DNA from: Eubacteriales bacterium
GTDB taxonomy: Bacteria > Bacillota > Clostridia > Oscillospirales > CAG-272
DNA: 64,000 nucleotides
Direction: 5' to 3'
Assembly (NCBI GenBank): GCA_045632285.1
Contig: JAZQWJ010000039.1
Span: 5,478 to 69,477, forward strand
The notes beneath the pieces are model-generated. The model was not told the DNA's origin, ran no database searches, and saw nothing but the letters and a program-made list of their open reading frames with translations. Of this stretch, positions 8,954 through 18,690 are shown one piece after another. A program made the translations under genes and the position numbers. Numbering within the stretch: position 1 is the first letter of the stretch; the number at the start of each line of letters is the position of its first letter.

Positions 8954-9987
8954 CCGATCAAAGTATTATGATCGCGATGAGCGGCGGCGTGGACAGTGCC
9001 GTTGCGGCATATCTTGCCTCGAGAGGGCGCAAGGCGGCCGGAGCTACGATGCGCCTGTTCCCCTCTGAAGCGGCAGAAAGCGAGATCCGCGGGGCTGCCG
9101 ACGTTTGCAGCTTGTTGGGCCTGCCCCATTTTATAGCCGACCTTGGCGATAACTTCTTAAATGACGTGATCGAGCCGTTTGTCAAGGCTTATGAGGCGGG
9201 ATTGACTCCTAACCCCTGTATTTTCTGCAATAAAAGCATCAAATTCGGTGCACTCGCGGAGTTTGCTTCTCAAAAAGGCTTTGAACGCATTGCCACGGGC
9301 CATTATGCGCGGTTGGAAAAGCACGGTGAACGCACCTTGCTGCGCCGCGCAGCAGATCCATCCAAGGATCAGACCTACGTGCTGTGGTCCCTCCCTCAAA
9401 GTGTGCTTTCTCGTACAGAGTTCCCTTTGGGGATGCTAACCAAGTCCGAGGCACGGGAAATTGCGGCAGAATTGAAGTTTCCCATGGCCGAGCGTAAGGA
9501 TAGTCAGGATATTTGCTTTATTCCGGACGGAGATTACGTTGGATTTATCACGCGTTTTCGTGGTCGAGCGCCCGAGGAGGGAGATTTTATTGACGGAGAT
9601 GGGCGTGTACTGGGGCGCCACAGCGGGCAGCTTTGCTATACCATCGGTCAGCGCAAGGGACTTGGCATCGCCCTTGGTCGCCCTGCCTTTGTTACTGCAA
9701 AATCAGCAACAGCCAATACCGTGACCCTTGGCGAGAATACCGACCTCTTTACAACGCGACTCACAGCAAAACAGATCAACCTGATCGCCACAGATCGCCT
9801 TGATCGCCCAATGCGCCTTTTGGCCAAAGCCAGATACCGTCAAGAGGCTGCGCTTGCCATAGTAGAACAGACGGACGACGATGCTTTGACTGTGGAATTT
9901 GAACAGCCGCAACGTGCGATCTCCCCGGGGCAATCCCTTGTTTTGTACGACGGTGATTACGTTGTGGGCGGCGGCATCATTCAATAA
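8950..9987 (+). CDS. mnmA: tRNA-specific 2-thiouridylase
   Basis: SGGVDS PP-loop, PNPCIFCN, ATGHYA, KDQTY, DSQDICF, TIGQRKGLG. ATGA overlap with trmL. Confidence 0.96.
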   Translation: MTDQSIMIAMSGGVDSAVAAYLASRGRKAAGATMRLFPSEAAESEIRGAADVCSLLGLPHFIADLGDNFLNDVIEPFVKAYEAGLTPNPCIFCNKSIKFGALAEFASQKGFERIATGHYARLEKHGERTLLRRAADPSKDQTYVLWSLPQSVLSRTEFPLGMLTKSEAREIAAELKFPMAERKDSQDICFIPDGDYVGFITRFRGRAPEEGDFIDGDGRVLGRHSGQLCYTIGQRKGLGIALGRPAFVTAKSATANTVTLGENTDLFTTRLTAKQINLIATDRLDRPMRLLAKARYRQEAALAIVEQTDDDALTVEFEQPQRAISPGQSLVLYDGDYVVGGGIIQ

Positions 9988-9998
9988 AACGACAAAAT

Positions 9999-10085
9999 AA
10001 AAAAGAGGCGAGAAAAATACCTCGCCCCTACGATCGGATGGAAAAACGGCATAACGCGCCGTTGATACCATCCGATCTTTTTTTT
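9999..10085. terminator. two back-to-back terminator hairpins between convergent mnmA and pbp
   Basis: A-tract plus GAGGCGAG/CTCGCCCC hairpin (minus strand), and GATCGGATGG/CCATCCGATC hairpin plus T8 (plus strand). Confidence 0.7.
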
Positions 10086-10089
10086 GACG

Positions 10090-12477
10090 CTACGGATCAA
10101 AAACTTCTTCTCGCCGCTTCCAAAACTCCTCTGACGCGACGTGCCCGGTGCAAGCCGCATTAAAGGGATGCAGATCCTTTGCAATGCCATAAAACGTGAT
10201 TGAATCTTCTGTTTCGGCATAATACGGCTCATTATACAATAAATTGTGTTCTGTTTTTGGCGGATCGCCCCAGCAAGTGTAGGGCGCATCCAACACACGG
10301 ATCTGTCTTGGAAAGCTGCGGAGCACACGCAAAAGTGCCACGGTGATGCAGGTCTCCTCCGGGCAGGTCTCACAAGCGACACCGCCGTGCAAGCAGTATC
10401 TGACTGCCGTATGGCAATCGCAAAGCTGTGTTGGTTCCGTTCCCTTTTTAAAATATCCGATCTCTGTTCGATCCCCGCGCGGGTCAAGCATACAAATGTC
10501 CTTGACCAGTTTTCCGGAATCCTTGCAATAGCGCACCGCAACAAGATCCGCCTCTGTTTCAAGGCTTTTTTTCAAGGGAGGACGGATCCTTAAGACCTCT
10601 GCCATCACCTCGTCAAATATGCGCAAGGCGGGATTCCCTCCAACGTCTGCAAGGCTTTCGGGATACTCGTGCCCATACCAAACACCGGCCAACAGCTCCG
10701 GTGTATAGCCCAAAAACCATTTGTCGCAGCTGTTGCCCGAGGTTCCCGTTTTCCCCGCAACGTCAACGACGTCCTTTAAGCGCAAGCCCCTTCCCGTTCC
10801 GCTTTGAACCACTCTTCTGAGAAGCAACGTCATAATAGCCGCGGTCTCCGGGCTCAATACTCTTTTAGGTGTAAGCCGCTGCTCCAACAAAACTCTTCCC
10901 GCGTGGTCCTCTACGCGTGTATAGCTGTGACATCCCGTGTAAACGCCGCCATTTGCCAGGATCGTATATCCGCCTAGTAGCTCTGCCAGTGTCACCCCTT
11001 CGCTTTGCTGCCCCAATGCAAGAGAAGCGGCGCCGCTGTCCTGTGCTTTCTGCAACGAGGAGAAGCAAAGCTGATCGTGCAAAAATGCAAATGAAGTGTG
11101 CTTACCAAGTCTTTGCAAAATTGAAACACTGACGGTGTTGACCGACTCCTCCAACGCCGTGCTGACCGTTGTCAGCCCGCGATATACGTCCGGTGCGTTG
11201 CGTGGCCACGGTGCACCGTTTGCTCTGAAGCTATGCGGTACGTCATCAAATACGGTGGACCATGTGATCAGTCCGCGCTCTAATGCGGGTGCATAGACCG
11301 AAAGCGGTTTGATCACAGAGCCGGAGGGTCTCGTTGCATCCGAAGCATAGCTTTGCAAGCGATTTCCCTGCTTTTCTCCCGTGGCGCCGACAACTGCCAA
11401 AATGCCTCCCGTCGTCGGATCCAGTATCATCATAGCGCTCTGCGCCCGTTTTTCTCCCTGATGCAAGGGAAAATGCTCCGTCTCGCGGTAATACGCCTCT
11501 ACCACGCCTTGCAGCTTTGGATCTACAGTGGTATAGATCCGCAAGCCCCCACTGTAAACAAGGCGACTTGCCGCCGCCTCACTCATTCCTCTGTCATTGA
11601 CAAGATCGCGTATCACATCACGGACGGCAAGATCGGCAAACCAAGAGTTGATGCGAACAGACAGCGCGCGTTCGTTTGGAAAAAGCGCCGTTTCCTCGGC
11701 CGCGGCCTCGGTGTATCGCTCGTCGTCTATCATGCCCTGCTCCAGCATTTGCGCAAGGATCAGGTCACGCCGCTGCCGATTGCTCTCGGGGCACCGAATG
11801 GGATCGTATCGAGTGGGGTTATTGGTGATGGCTGCGATGGTCGCAGCCTCTCTCAAGGTCAACTCGTTGGGTTCCTTTGAAAAATACGCGTTCGCTGCCG
11901 TTTTTACGCCGTAACAGCCCTCGGCAAGATTCACCACGTTCAGATATTGCTCTAATATCCGATCCTTGCTCATGTGCTCCTCAAGCTTGGCTGCTCTGAT
12001 CATTTCGGCAATCTTGCGTTTTACGCTCCGTTGATCCTCGCCTGTCAGATTTTTGACTAACTGTTGGGTTATGGTGGAGCCGCCAAAGTGCCCTTTTTCT
12101 TTTTTGATCATATTTTCTGCCGCAGAGAAGGTGCGCAACCAGTCTATGCCGCCATGATCGTAAAATCGCTTATCCTCGATGGCTATAAAAGCGTTTTTCA
12201 GATCATCCGTCATTTGCTCTAAGGGGCAGTACAGTGCGTTTTCACTTCCGCTGATGCGATCCTCTGCAAGCTCTGCAAAATTCCCCGCCTCATCTTGATA
12301 AAAAAGCCGCGTCGTTCGATCTCCCATTGCTTTTAAAAACACAGATTCGTCAAGGTCAGTGTTTAGCGCAAGTCCAACGTAAGCGCCACCAAGAGTCAGG
12401 ACCACCGACAGCAAAATCAAACTAAAAAGAGAAAAGGAAAGAAATGAGATCGTCAATATTCTCAAGCATTTTTTCAA
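10090..12477 (-). CDS. class A penicillin-binding protein (transglycosylase-transpeptidase) with a Cys-rich C-terminus
   Basis: N-terminal TM; GT51 motifs EDKRFYDHGG, GGSTITQQLVKN, RKIAE, LEQYLN; transpeptidase motifs SVIK, SVN, KTGT. TTG start. Confidence 0.93.
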   Translation of the reverse strand: MKKCLRILTISFLSFSLFSLILLSVVLTLGGAYVGLALNTDLDESVFLKAMGDRTTRLFYQDEAGNFAELAEDRISGSENALYCPLEQMTDDLKNAFIAIEDKRFYDHGGIDWLRTFSAAENMIKKEKGHFGGSTITQQLVKNLTGEDQRSVKRKIAEMIRAAKLEEHMSKDRILEQYLNVVNLAEGCYGVKTAANAYFSKEPNELTLREAATIAAITNNPTRYDPIRCPESNRQRRDLILAQMLEQGMIDDERYTEAAAEETALFPNERALSVRINSWFADLAVRDVIRDLVNDRGMSEAAASRLVYSGGLRIYTTVDPKLQGVVEAYYRETEHFPLHQGEKRAQSAMMILDPTTGGILAVVGATGEKQGNRLQSYASDATRPSGSVIKPLSVYAPALERGLITWSTVFDDVPHSFRANGAPWPRNAPDVYRGLTTVSTALEESVNTVSVSILQRLGKHTSFAFLHDQLCFSSLQKAQDSGAASLALGQQSEGVTLAELLGGYTILANGGVYTGCHSYTRVEDHAGRVLLEQRLTPKRVLSPETAAIMTLLLRRVVQSGTGRGLRLKDVVDVAGKTGTSGNSCDKWFLGYTPELLAGVWYGHEYPESLADVGGNPALRIFDEVMAEVLRIRPPLKKSLETEADLVAVRYCKDSGKLVKDICMLDPRGDRTEIGYFKKGTEPTQLCDCHTAVRYCLHGGVACETCPEETCITVALLRVLRSFPRQIRVLDAPYTCWGDPPKTEHNLLYNEPYYAETEDSITFYGIAKDLHPFNAACTGHVASEEFWKRREEVFDP

Positions 12478-12523
12478 AAAAACACCCCCACTCGACCGTA
12501 GTTTAACACGGCGTGGGGGTGTT
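12476..12523 (-). terminator. terminator hairpin after dnaE overlapping the pbp RBS
   Basis: 11-bp inverted repeat AACACCCCCAC/GTGGGGGTGTT followed by a T-run containing the TTG start. Confidence 0.65.
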
Positions 12524-12554
12524 GATGCTGGTTGAATACTGGCTTTTACGGCAC

Positions 12555-15500
12555 TTACTTCAGTACCACGTTATCCTTGCCAAGGATCAGGACCAGCTCA
12601 TTGAAGGTAAATGCAGTCAGATCAAAGCCGATATCAAGCCTTTGGTAGCTTGACGTTGAGGCGTCAAAGATCGAAACAGGCAAAGGGCCGTCAAATATTT
12701 CCAGAATATTCAACGCCTTTTTGAATTTAAGATCCTGCATAGAAGGAACTCTTAAATACAGCATACGCGGCTGCTGTACGGGAATGGGTGCAGGTGATTG
12801 CTGCACGGACGCTTGCGCAGTAGAGCGACGCACCTCGGTCTCTGTCATGACCCGCGGTGGCGCATGATCGTCCTGTAAGGGGGTTACCGAGCTTACCAAA
12901 ACCGTTGGGCGCTCGTCCTCCTTAATGGACAGTGTGCCCTTTATACTCAGCACGGCATCCACGCGCAGATCGTGAGAAAATCTTGCAAAGATCTTGGGAA
13001 ATGCCAAACACTCGATCTCGCCCTCGCGATCTTCAAGCGTGAAAAAGGCCATTCTTTCGTCGTTTTTGGTCGTTTTACCCTTTAAAGCGGTTATAATGCC
13101 TGCAATCGTTACGGTAGAGCGATCGGCAGCGAAATAGCAGCCGTCCTCGTCTGTGGCGCAAAGCTCTTTGATCTGTGTGATCGCCGGATCGGAAAGTGCC
13201 TTGGAGAATCCATCCAGCATATGACCGGAGAAATACATTCCCGCAGCTTCCTTTTCCTGTGCAAGCAGCTCGTTTAGCCCAAATTCTCGCAGTTCAGGGT
13301 ATTCTATCTCCGGGCGCTCGGTGCCGGGTATGGAAAACATATCCAGCTGACCTGTCAGATTGCTGCGATTTTTACTTTGCAAACGATCGATCATTGGCTC
13401 ATAGACAGCCATCAAACGACTGCGATAAATACCTAACGCATCAAACGCGCCTGCCTTGATCAAGGCTTCTATCTGGCGCTTGTTGAGATCCGCTGCAGAA
13501 AGGCGGTCTAAAAAATCATCAAAGGAACGATAAGGGCCTCCCGCAGCGCGCTCCTTGACAACAGCCTCTAAAAAGCTTTTTCCAACGTTTTTCAGTGCCA
13601 ACAGGCCAAAGCGAATGTGCTCCCCGCTAACGTGGAATACCACGTCCGACTCGTTGATATCCGGCGGCAAAACGCGGATGCCGCGTTTGCCGAGCTCGGC
13701 GATATATTCAGCGATCTTGGGTATATTACCAAGCTCAGAGGTCAACAGAGCGGCAAAATACGCCTTGGGGTAATGCGCCTTGAGATAGGCGGTACGATAG
13801 GAGATCACAGCATACGCAGCTGCGTGACTTTTATTGAATGCATAATGGGCAAAATCTGCCATATCGTCAAAAATAGTCTCAGCTGCTTCCCGTTCAACGC
13901 CGTTTTGTGCGCATCCCGCAAGAAAGGCATCCTTTTCTGCCTCTATCACACCCGCCTTTTTCTTGGACATTGCACGGCGTACAACGTCTGCGTGTCCAAA
14001 GGAATAGCCCGCAAGCAGACGGAATATCTGCATGACCTGCTCCTGATACACAATACAACCGTAGGTCGAGCGCAGGATGGGCTCGATCAGCTTGGTGTGA
14101 TATTGGATTTTGTCTGGATTTTTGCGATTTTCAATGAATTTAGGGATCGAGTCCATTGGCCCTGGCCGATACAGTGCAATGGCTGCAACGATATCGTCAA
14201 AGCAAGAGGGAGACAGGTTCATCAGCATCTGACGCATACCGCCGGATTCCAGTTGAAACAGTCCGGAGGTCATTCCGCGCGCGATCAGCTTATAGGTCGC
14301 CGCATCATCAAAGGAGATGCGGTCTATATCAAACGAGGGTTCGCTTTCCCGTATTTGGGTCACGGCGTCGTTGATGATCGTCAAATAGCGCAGCCCCAAA
14401 AAATCAAATTTCAAAAGTCCCAGCTCGGCAATGGTATCCATATCATATTGCGTGACGACCACGCCGTTGCTGCCGGAGAGTGGAACGTAGTGCGAGAGTT
14501 GATCCTCGGTGATCACGATGCCTGCGGCGTGTATCGAAATGTTACGCGGCATTCCTTCCAGCGCTATCGCCAGGTCTACCAACCGCTTGACCTCGGGACG
14601 TGTATACAATGCTTTGAGATCAGGAAGGCGCAGAGCATCTTTTATTGTAATGCCAAGCTCTCTTGGGATCGCCTTTGCAACCGTGTCAACGTCACCGTAG
14701 GACATCCCCAGTGCGCGGCCAACGTCGCGAATGGCTGCTTTGGCTGCAAGTGTGTTAAAGGTCACGATCTGCGAAACGTGGTCTGCGCCGTATCGCTCGG
14801 TTACATACCGAATGACCTCCTCGCGGCGGTTATAGCAAAAATCCACGTCAATATCGGGCATACTGACACGTTCCGGATTTAAAAACCTCTCAAACAATAG
14901 ATCAAATCGCAAGGAATCTACGTCGGTGATCCCTAAAAAGAATGCAACGATGCTACCCGCACCGGAGCCTCTGCCGGGGCCTACGGGTATTCCCCTGGAT
15001 TTGGCATAATTGACGTAGTCCTGCACGATCAGAAAATAATCGGAATACCCCATTCGGTCAATGACAGAAAGCTCGTATTCCATGCGTGCGCGGTAGTCTG
15101 CTTCGCTATATTTGGAAAGATCCAGCAGCCCCTCGTCCAACCGTTTGGCAAAGCCGCTTGTGGCAAGACGGGAAAGATGCACAGAGGCGCTTACGCCGGC
15201 AGGGCAAGGAAACTTGGGGAGATAGGTGCTATCAAAGTCAAATTCAAATTGGCAGCGCTCTGCGATCCGTACGGTATTTTCCAAGGCTCCCTCGTAGCTG
15301 CCAAACAGCATGCGCATTTCGTCGGTAGTCTTGTAATAAAACTCGTCTGTTTCAAAACCGATGGGTCTGCCATCTGCAAGCTGATTGTTAGTTTGGATGC
15401 AAAGCAGGACTGCTTGCGTTTCTGCATCGGTACGACGCAGGTAGTGACAATCGTTGGTAGCGACCATCGGAATATCGCATTCTTTGGAAAGCTGATGCAA

Positions 15501-16064
15501 CAGTGGCAGGATCTGTTTTTGTTCCGGAATTCCGTGGTTTTGCACCTCAAGATAAAAATTGTTCTTTCCGAAGGTAAAAGAAAGTTCTTTTGCAGCCCTA
15601 CAAGCTTCTGCATAGTCTCCGCGAACAAGCAGTCGCTGCACGCGTCCGGCAAGGCAACCAGACAGTGCGATCAGCCCCTCGGCGTGCTCTTTCAACAATT
15701 CCATATCTACACGGGGCTTGGCATAAAAGCCCTCGGTAAAGGCACGGGAGACCAGCTTGATCAAATTGCGATAGCCGGTCTCGTTTTCACAAAGCAAAAC
15801 AAGGTGATAAGGGTGCGCATCGGCATTGCCCTTGTCAAAGCGCGATCGGGGAGCCACGTAGACCTCGCAGCCAATGATCGGCTTGATCCCCTCTGCGCGA
15901 CAAGCTTTATAAAAGGCGACCGCACCGTACATCACGCCGTGATCGGTCAACGCTACAGCATCGTGTCCGCATTCCTTTGCCCGCTTGGGGATCTCGGAAA
16001 TACGGCAAGCGCCGTCCAACAAGCTATATTCACTATGCAAATGAAGATGAACGAAATCCGACAC
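12555..16064 (-). CDS. dnaE: DNA polymerase III alpha subunit
   Basis: PHP domain HLHLHSEYSLLDG, GRGSGAGS, catalytic MPDIDVDF, KFDFLGL, YAFNKSHA and an OB fold. GTG start after AGGAGG. Confidence 0.97.
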   Translation of the reverse strand: MSDFVHLHLHSEYSLLDGACRISEIPKRAKECGHDAVALTDHGVMYGAVAFYKACRAEGIKPIIGCEVYVAPRSRFDKGNADAHPYHLVLLCENETGYRNLIKLVSRAFTEGFYAKPRVDMELLKEHAEGLIALSGCLAGRVQRLLVRGDYAEACRAAKELSFTFGKNNFYLEVQNHGIPEQKQILPLLHQLSKECDIPMVATNDCHYLRRTDAETQAVLLCIQTNNQLADGRPIGFETDEFYYKTTDEMRMLFGSYEGALENTVRIAERCQFEFDFDSTYLPKFPCPAGVSASVHLSRLATSGFAKRLDEGLLDLSKYSEADYRARMEYELSVIDRMGYSDYFLIVQDYVNYAKSRGIPVGPGRGSGAGSIVAFFLGITDVDSLRFDLLFERFLNPERVSMPDIDVDFCYNRREEVIRYVTERYGADHVSQIVTFNTLAAKAAIRDVGRALGMSYGDVDTVAKAIPRELGITIKDALRLPDLKALYTRPEVKRLVDLAIALEGMPRNISIHAAGIVITEDQLSHYVPLSGSNGVVVTQYDMDTIAELGLLKFDFLGLRYLTIINDAVTQIRESEPSFDIDRISFDDAATYKLIARGMTSGLFQLESGGMRQMLMNLSPSCFDDIVAAIALYRPGPMDSIPKFIENRKNPDKIQYHTKLIEPILRSTYGCIVYQEQVMQIFRLLAGYSFGHADVVRRAMSKKKAGVIEAEKDAFLAGCAQNGVEREAAETIFDDMADFAHYAFNKSHAAAYAVISYRTAYLKAHYPKAYFAALLTSELGNIPKIAEYIAELGKRGIRVLPPDINESDVVFHVSGEHIRFGLLALKNVGKSFLEAVVKERAAGGPYRSFDDFLDRLSAADLNKRQIEALIKAGAFDALGIYRSRLMAVYEPMIDRLQSKNRSNLTGQLDMFSIPGTERPEIEYPELREFGLNELLAQEKEAAGMYFSGHMLDGFSKALSDPAITQIKELCATDEDGCYFAADRSTVTIAGIITALKGKTTKNDERMAFFTLEDREGEIECLAFPKIFARFSHDLRVDAVLSIKGTLSIKEDERPTVLVSSVTPLQDDHAPPRVMTETEVRRSTAQASVQQSPAPIPVQQPRMLYLRVPSMQDLKFKKALNILEIFDGPLPVSIFDASTSSYQRLDIGFDLTAFTFNELVLILGKDNVVLK

Positions 16065-16098
16065 GCTTTCTACCTCCTTTTGTTATTTTTTTGATCCT

Positions 16099-16932
16099 TT
16101 ATAGACCATCTGCAAAGGCCAGGATCTTTTGAAGTCTGTGATTTAGCCCCGATTTTGTGATGGGCGGGACGTGCATAGCCGCCAATTCTCCAAGTGAAGC
16201 CTCCGGATTTTCGATGCGCAGCTCTGCCGTTTCCTTTAATTCAATGGGCAAAAGGTCATATTTGGCCTGCTCACGGATCTTTTCAACAGCAAGGCATACG
16301 CGCCGTGCTGCGTTTACTGTTTTGCCGATATTGTGCGCTACGCAGTTGGTGGCGCGGTTCTCTTCGTTTCGAATATCTCTGGCGATCTTGGCATTGATCA
16401 GCGCAAACAGCGCTTGGTTTGCTCCAACCGTGCTGATGATCTCCTCGATCACCGCATTTTTCTTGAAATAAAGGCCAATGCCGCCATCAAGGCTGCGGCT
16501 TTTGGGCACCCATCCCATTTCTGCCAGAAAATCTGCAAGCAAGCCCACCTTTTCGGGGTTGGCCAAGCGAAATTCGAGGTGATAGCCCTTACTAGGATCC
16601 GTCACAGAGCCACAAGCGATCAAAAGGCCGCGCAAAAAATGCGCCTTACAATGCTCGCACACAAAGCTTGGAGGAGCCATATAACTGCGATACAGCTTAT
16701 CCGAGGCAAATAACATCACCGCGCCGTCCATCAGAGCCTCGCGTCGATACAACTCGCGGTAGACTCTGGCGCATTCATATCGCGGGGCGGCAGCCGATAA
16801 GATCAGTACCAAGCAGTTTTCTCGCATCTCACGAAGGTCAAACAGCAATCCGGAAGCGTATGCGCGCTTGCAGCACGGCTTTTGCGGCGCCCCTTCGATC
16901 AATTCATTTTTTAATAAAAGCGAATAATTCAT
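16099..16932 (-). CDS. whiA: WhiA family DNA-binding/cell division protein
   Basis: LAGLIDADG-like FLRGLLIACGSVTDP..YHLEF, NRATNC, C-terminal HTH SLGELA..ITKSGLNHRL. Confidence 0.9.
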   Translation of the reverse strand: MNYSLLLKNELIEGAPQKPCCKRAYASGLLFDLREMRENCLVLILSAAAPRYECARVYRELYRREALMDGAVMLFASDKLYRSYMAPPSFVCEHCKAHFLRGLLIACGSVTDPSKGYHLEFRLANPEKVGLLADFLAEMGWVPKSRSLDGGIGLYFKKNAVIEEIISTVGANQALFALINAKIARDIRNEENRATNCVAHNIGKTVNAARRVCLAVEKIREQAKYDLLPIELKETAELRIENPEASLGELAAMHVPPITKSGLNHRLQKILAFADGL

Positions 16933-17846
16933 GTTTCCTCCGGGATAAACCTAAGCTCCGGCTTTGGTTCAAATCCCATATCCTTTTTTACTGTATCTTG
17001 TATGATCGAGATCAATCTGCGCACGTCTCTTGCAGTGGCGCCACCGCGGTTTACGATAAAGCCCGCATGCTTTTCCGATACGCAAGCACCGCCGACAGCA
17101 AGTCCCTTAAGACCAAGTCTATCAAGCTCGCACGATAAGGGCTTTTGTGCACAATGGCGTTTAAAAGCACTACCCGCGCTTGGCAGATCAAGGGGCTGCG
17201 TTAAACGTCTGTGCTTGGCGAACTCATACATTTTCGCCAAAATCACCTGCGGTTCCTTCCTTTCTTGAATATGCAGATTTGCCGAAAGCAGAATCGCTTT
17301 ATTTCTTTGAATATTGGAAAAACGATAAGAAAAGCCCAACTCAAGGTTAATTGATGTTCTTATTTTTCTCTTTTCAACATCATAAATGTCCGCCGTAGCC
17401 ACAACGTCTTCCATGGATCTGCCGCCCGCACCCGCGTTCATAAACACGGCACCGCCAACTGTGCCGGGTATCCCCCAAGCAAATTCAAGGCCGGAAAGAC
17501 CTTTCTTTGCCACGGAATAGCAGGCTGTAGCCAAAGCGGTTCCGCCAAGCACGCGCACCTCGTTTTCGGAAATCTGTCTGATCCCGCTAAGCTGCGTGGT
17601 ACGGATCAGTACCAGGTCTATCACGCCATCGTCAAACAAAATATTGCTGCCGCGTCCGATCACGACATAGGGCAGACCTTCTGCGCGACACACATCTACT
17701 GCCCGAATCAGCTCCTGTATACAGACAGGCTCTATCAAGGCAGCAGCTACACCGCCGATACGAAACGTACAAAGCGTCGCTGTCAGCACACCCGCACGGT
17801 GTGCGACCCCTCTTTTATTTAAAACATCCGAAATGTGACCGATCAC
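16929..17846 (-). CDS. murB: UDP-N-acetylenolpyruvoylglucosamine reductase
   Basis: TFRIGG, IGRGSNIL, GIPGTVGGAVFMNAGA, QPLDLPSAGSAFK, SEKHAGFIVN. Confidence 0.93.
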   Translation of the reverse strand: MIGHISDVLNKRGVAHRAGVLTATLCTFRIGGVAAALIEPVCIQELIRAVDVCRAEGLPYVVIGRGSNILFDDGVIDLVLIRTTQLSGIRQISENEVRVLGGTALATACYSVAKKGLSGLEFAWGIPGTVGGAVFMNAGAGGRSMEDVVATADIYDVEKRKIRTSINLELGFSYRFSNIQRNKAILLSANLHIQERKEPQVILAKMYEFAKHRRLTQPLDLPSAGSAFKRHCAQKPLSCELDRLGLKGLAVGGACVSEKHAGFIVNRGGATARDVRRLISIIQDTVKKDMGFEPKPELRFIPEET

Positions 17847-18535
17847 GCGTCAAGGACCAGAGGGATCAGCTCCTCCAGCCGTTTGATAACGTAAGTGATC
17901 GGCATTGATTCGGGGGGCTCTTTTCCCTTGGCGTTGAGCCAGCAGGTGTCAAGACCTGCGTTGATACCGCCTGCAATATCCGAGGTCAAGGAATCCCCAA
18001 CGACCAGCGTTGTGGCGGGATCAAAATCAGGGATCGCTGCGGCAACTGCATCAAAAAATGCCTTTGCCGGCTTTTCGTGACCGATCTCGTCCGAAATAAA
18101 GCAACCGCAAAAGAAAGGAAACAGGGGCGAGTTGTCAAATCGACCGTGTTGAACCGCCGCAATACCGTTGGTAATGATATACAAGCGGCAATGCTCTGCC
18201 AGCGTTTTGCAGACCTCCAAAGCACCCGATATCAAAAAGCCCTGCGTTGCGAGCATACGCAAGTATGTGTCCGCCATAACGGTGGGGTCGGCGTTCAGCT
18301 GAAAATATTCGCAAAATTCCCGAAAGCGGATCGTTTTAAGCTCTTGCTTGGTGATCTCTCCGCGCTCCAGTCTTTTCCACGCATTATCATTGATCCGGCT
18401 GTATACAGAGAGCCTTTCCTCGGTCGGCGTGATCCCCAGCGCGCTCAAGGCTTTGGTCAGCGCAGCGCGCTCGGATCGCAAAAAATCCAACAGCGTATTG
18501 TCAGCGTCAAACAATATGGTTTTGTATCCGGTCAT
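17843..18535 (-). CDS. HAD-family YjjG-like pyrimidine nucleotidase
   Basis: DADNTLLDF, ITNG, EKP, VGDSLTSDIAGG. Start placed at ATG 18535 after AGGTGG. Confidence 0.9.
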   Translation of the reverse strand: MTGYKTILFDADNTLLDFLRSERAALTKALSALGITPTEERLSVYSRINDNAWKRLERGEITKQELKTIRFREFCEYFQLNADPTVMADTYLRMLATQGFLISGALEVCKTLAEHCRLYIITNGIAAVQHGRFDNSPLFPFFCGCFISDEIGHEKPAKAFFDAVAAAIPDFDPATTLVVGDSLTSDIAGGINAGLDTCWLNAKGKEPPESMPITYVIKRLEELIPLVLDA

Positions 18536-18559
18536 CAAGATCCACCTGCCTTTTCTCTC

Positions 18560-18588
18560 ATTATAACGGATTTTTCGATAAATTTCAA
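18560..18588 (-). promoter_or_regulatory. sigma-A promoter of the HAD-murB-whiA-dnaE unit
   Basis: TTGAAA-17 bp-TATAAT. Confidence 0.75.
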
Positions 18589-18619
18589 TACGCAATTGCC
18601 AAAAACCTTTGATTTTCTA

Positions 18620-18648
18620 TTGCAATTATTTAAATTATGTAGTATAAT
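18620..18648 (+). promoter_or_regulatory. sigma-A promoter of the oxidoreductase-coaE operon
   Basis: TTGCAA-17 bp-TATAAT. Confidence 0.75.
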
Positions 18649-18690
18649 ATAATTTATGAATGTTGCTTTTTGGGAAAGGAGCGCCGGATC

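Noticed and set aside
16099-16932. LAGLIDADG-like sequence as a homing endonuclease or mobile element
   Set aside because: It is the domesticated WhiA fold with its C-terminal HTH, in a housekeeping operon.
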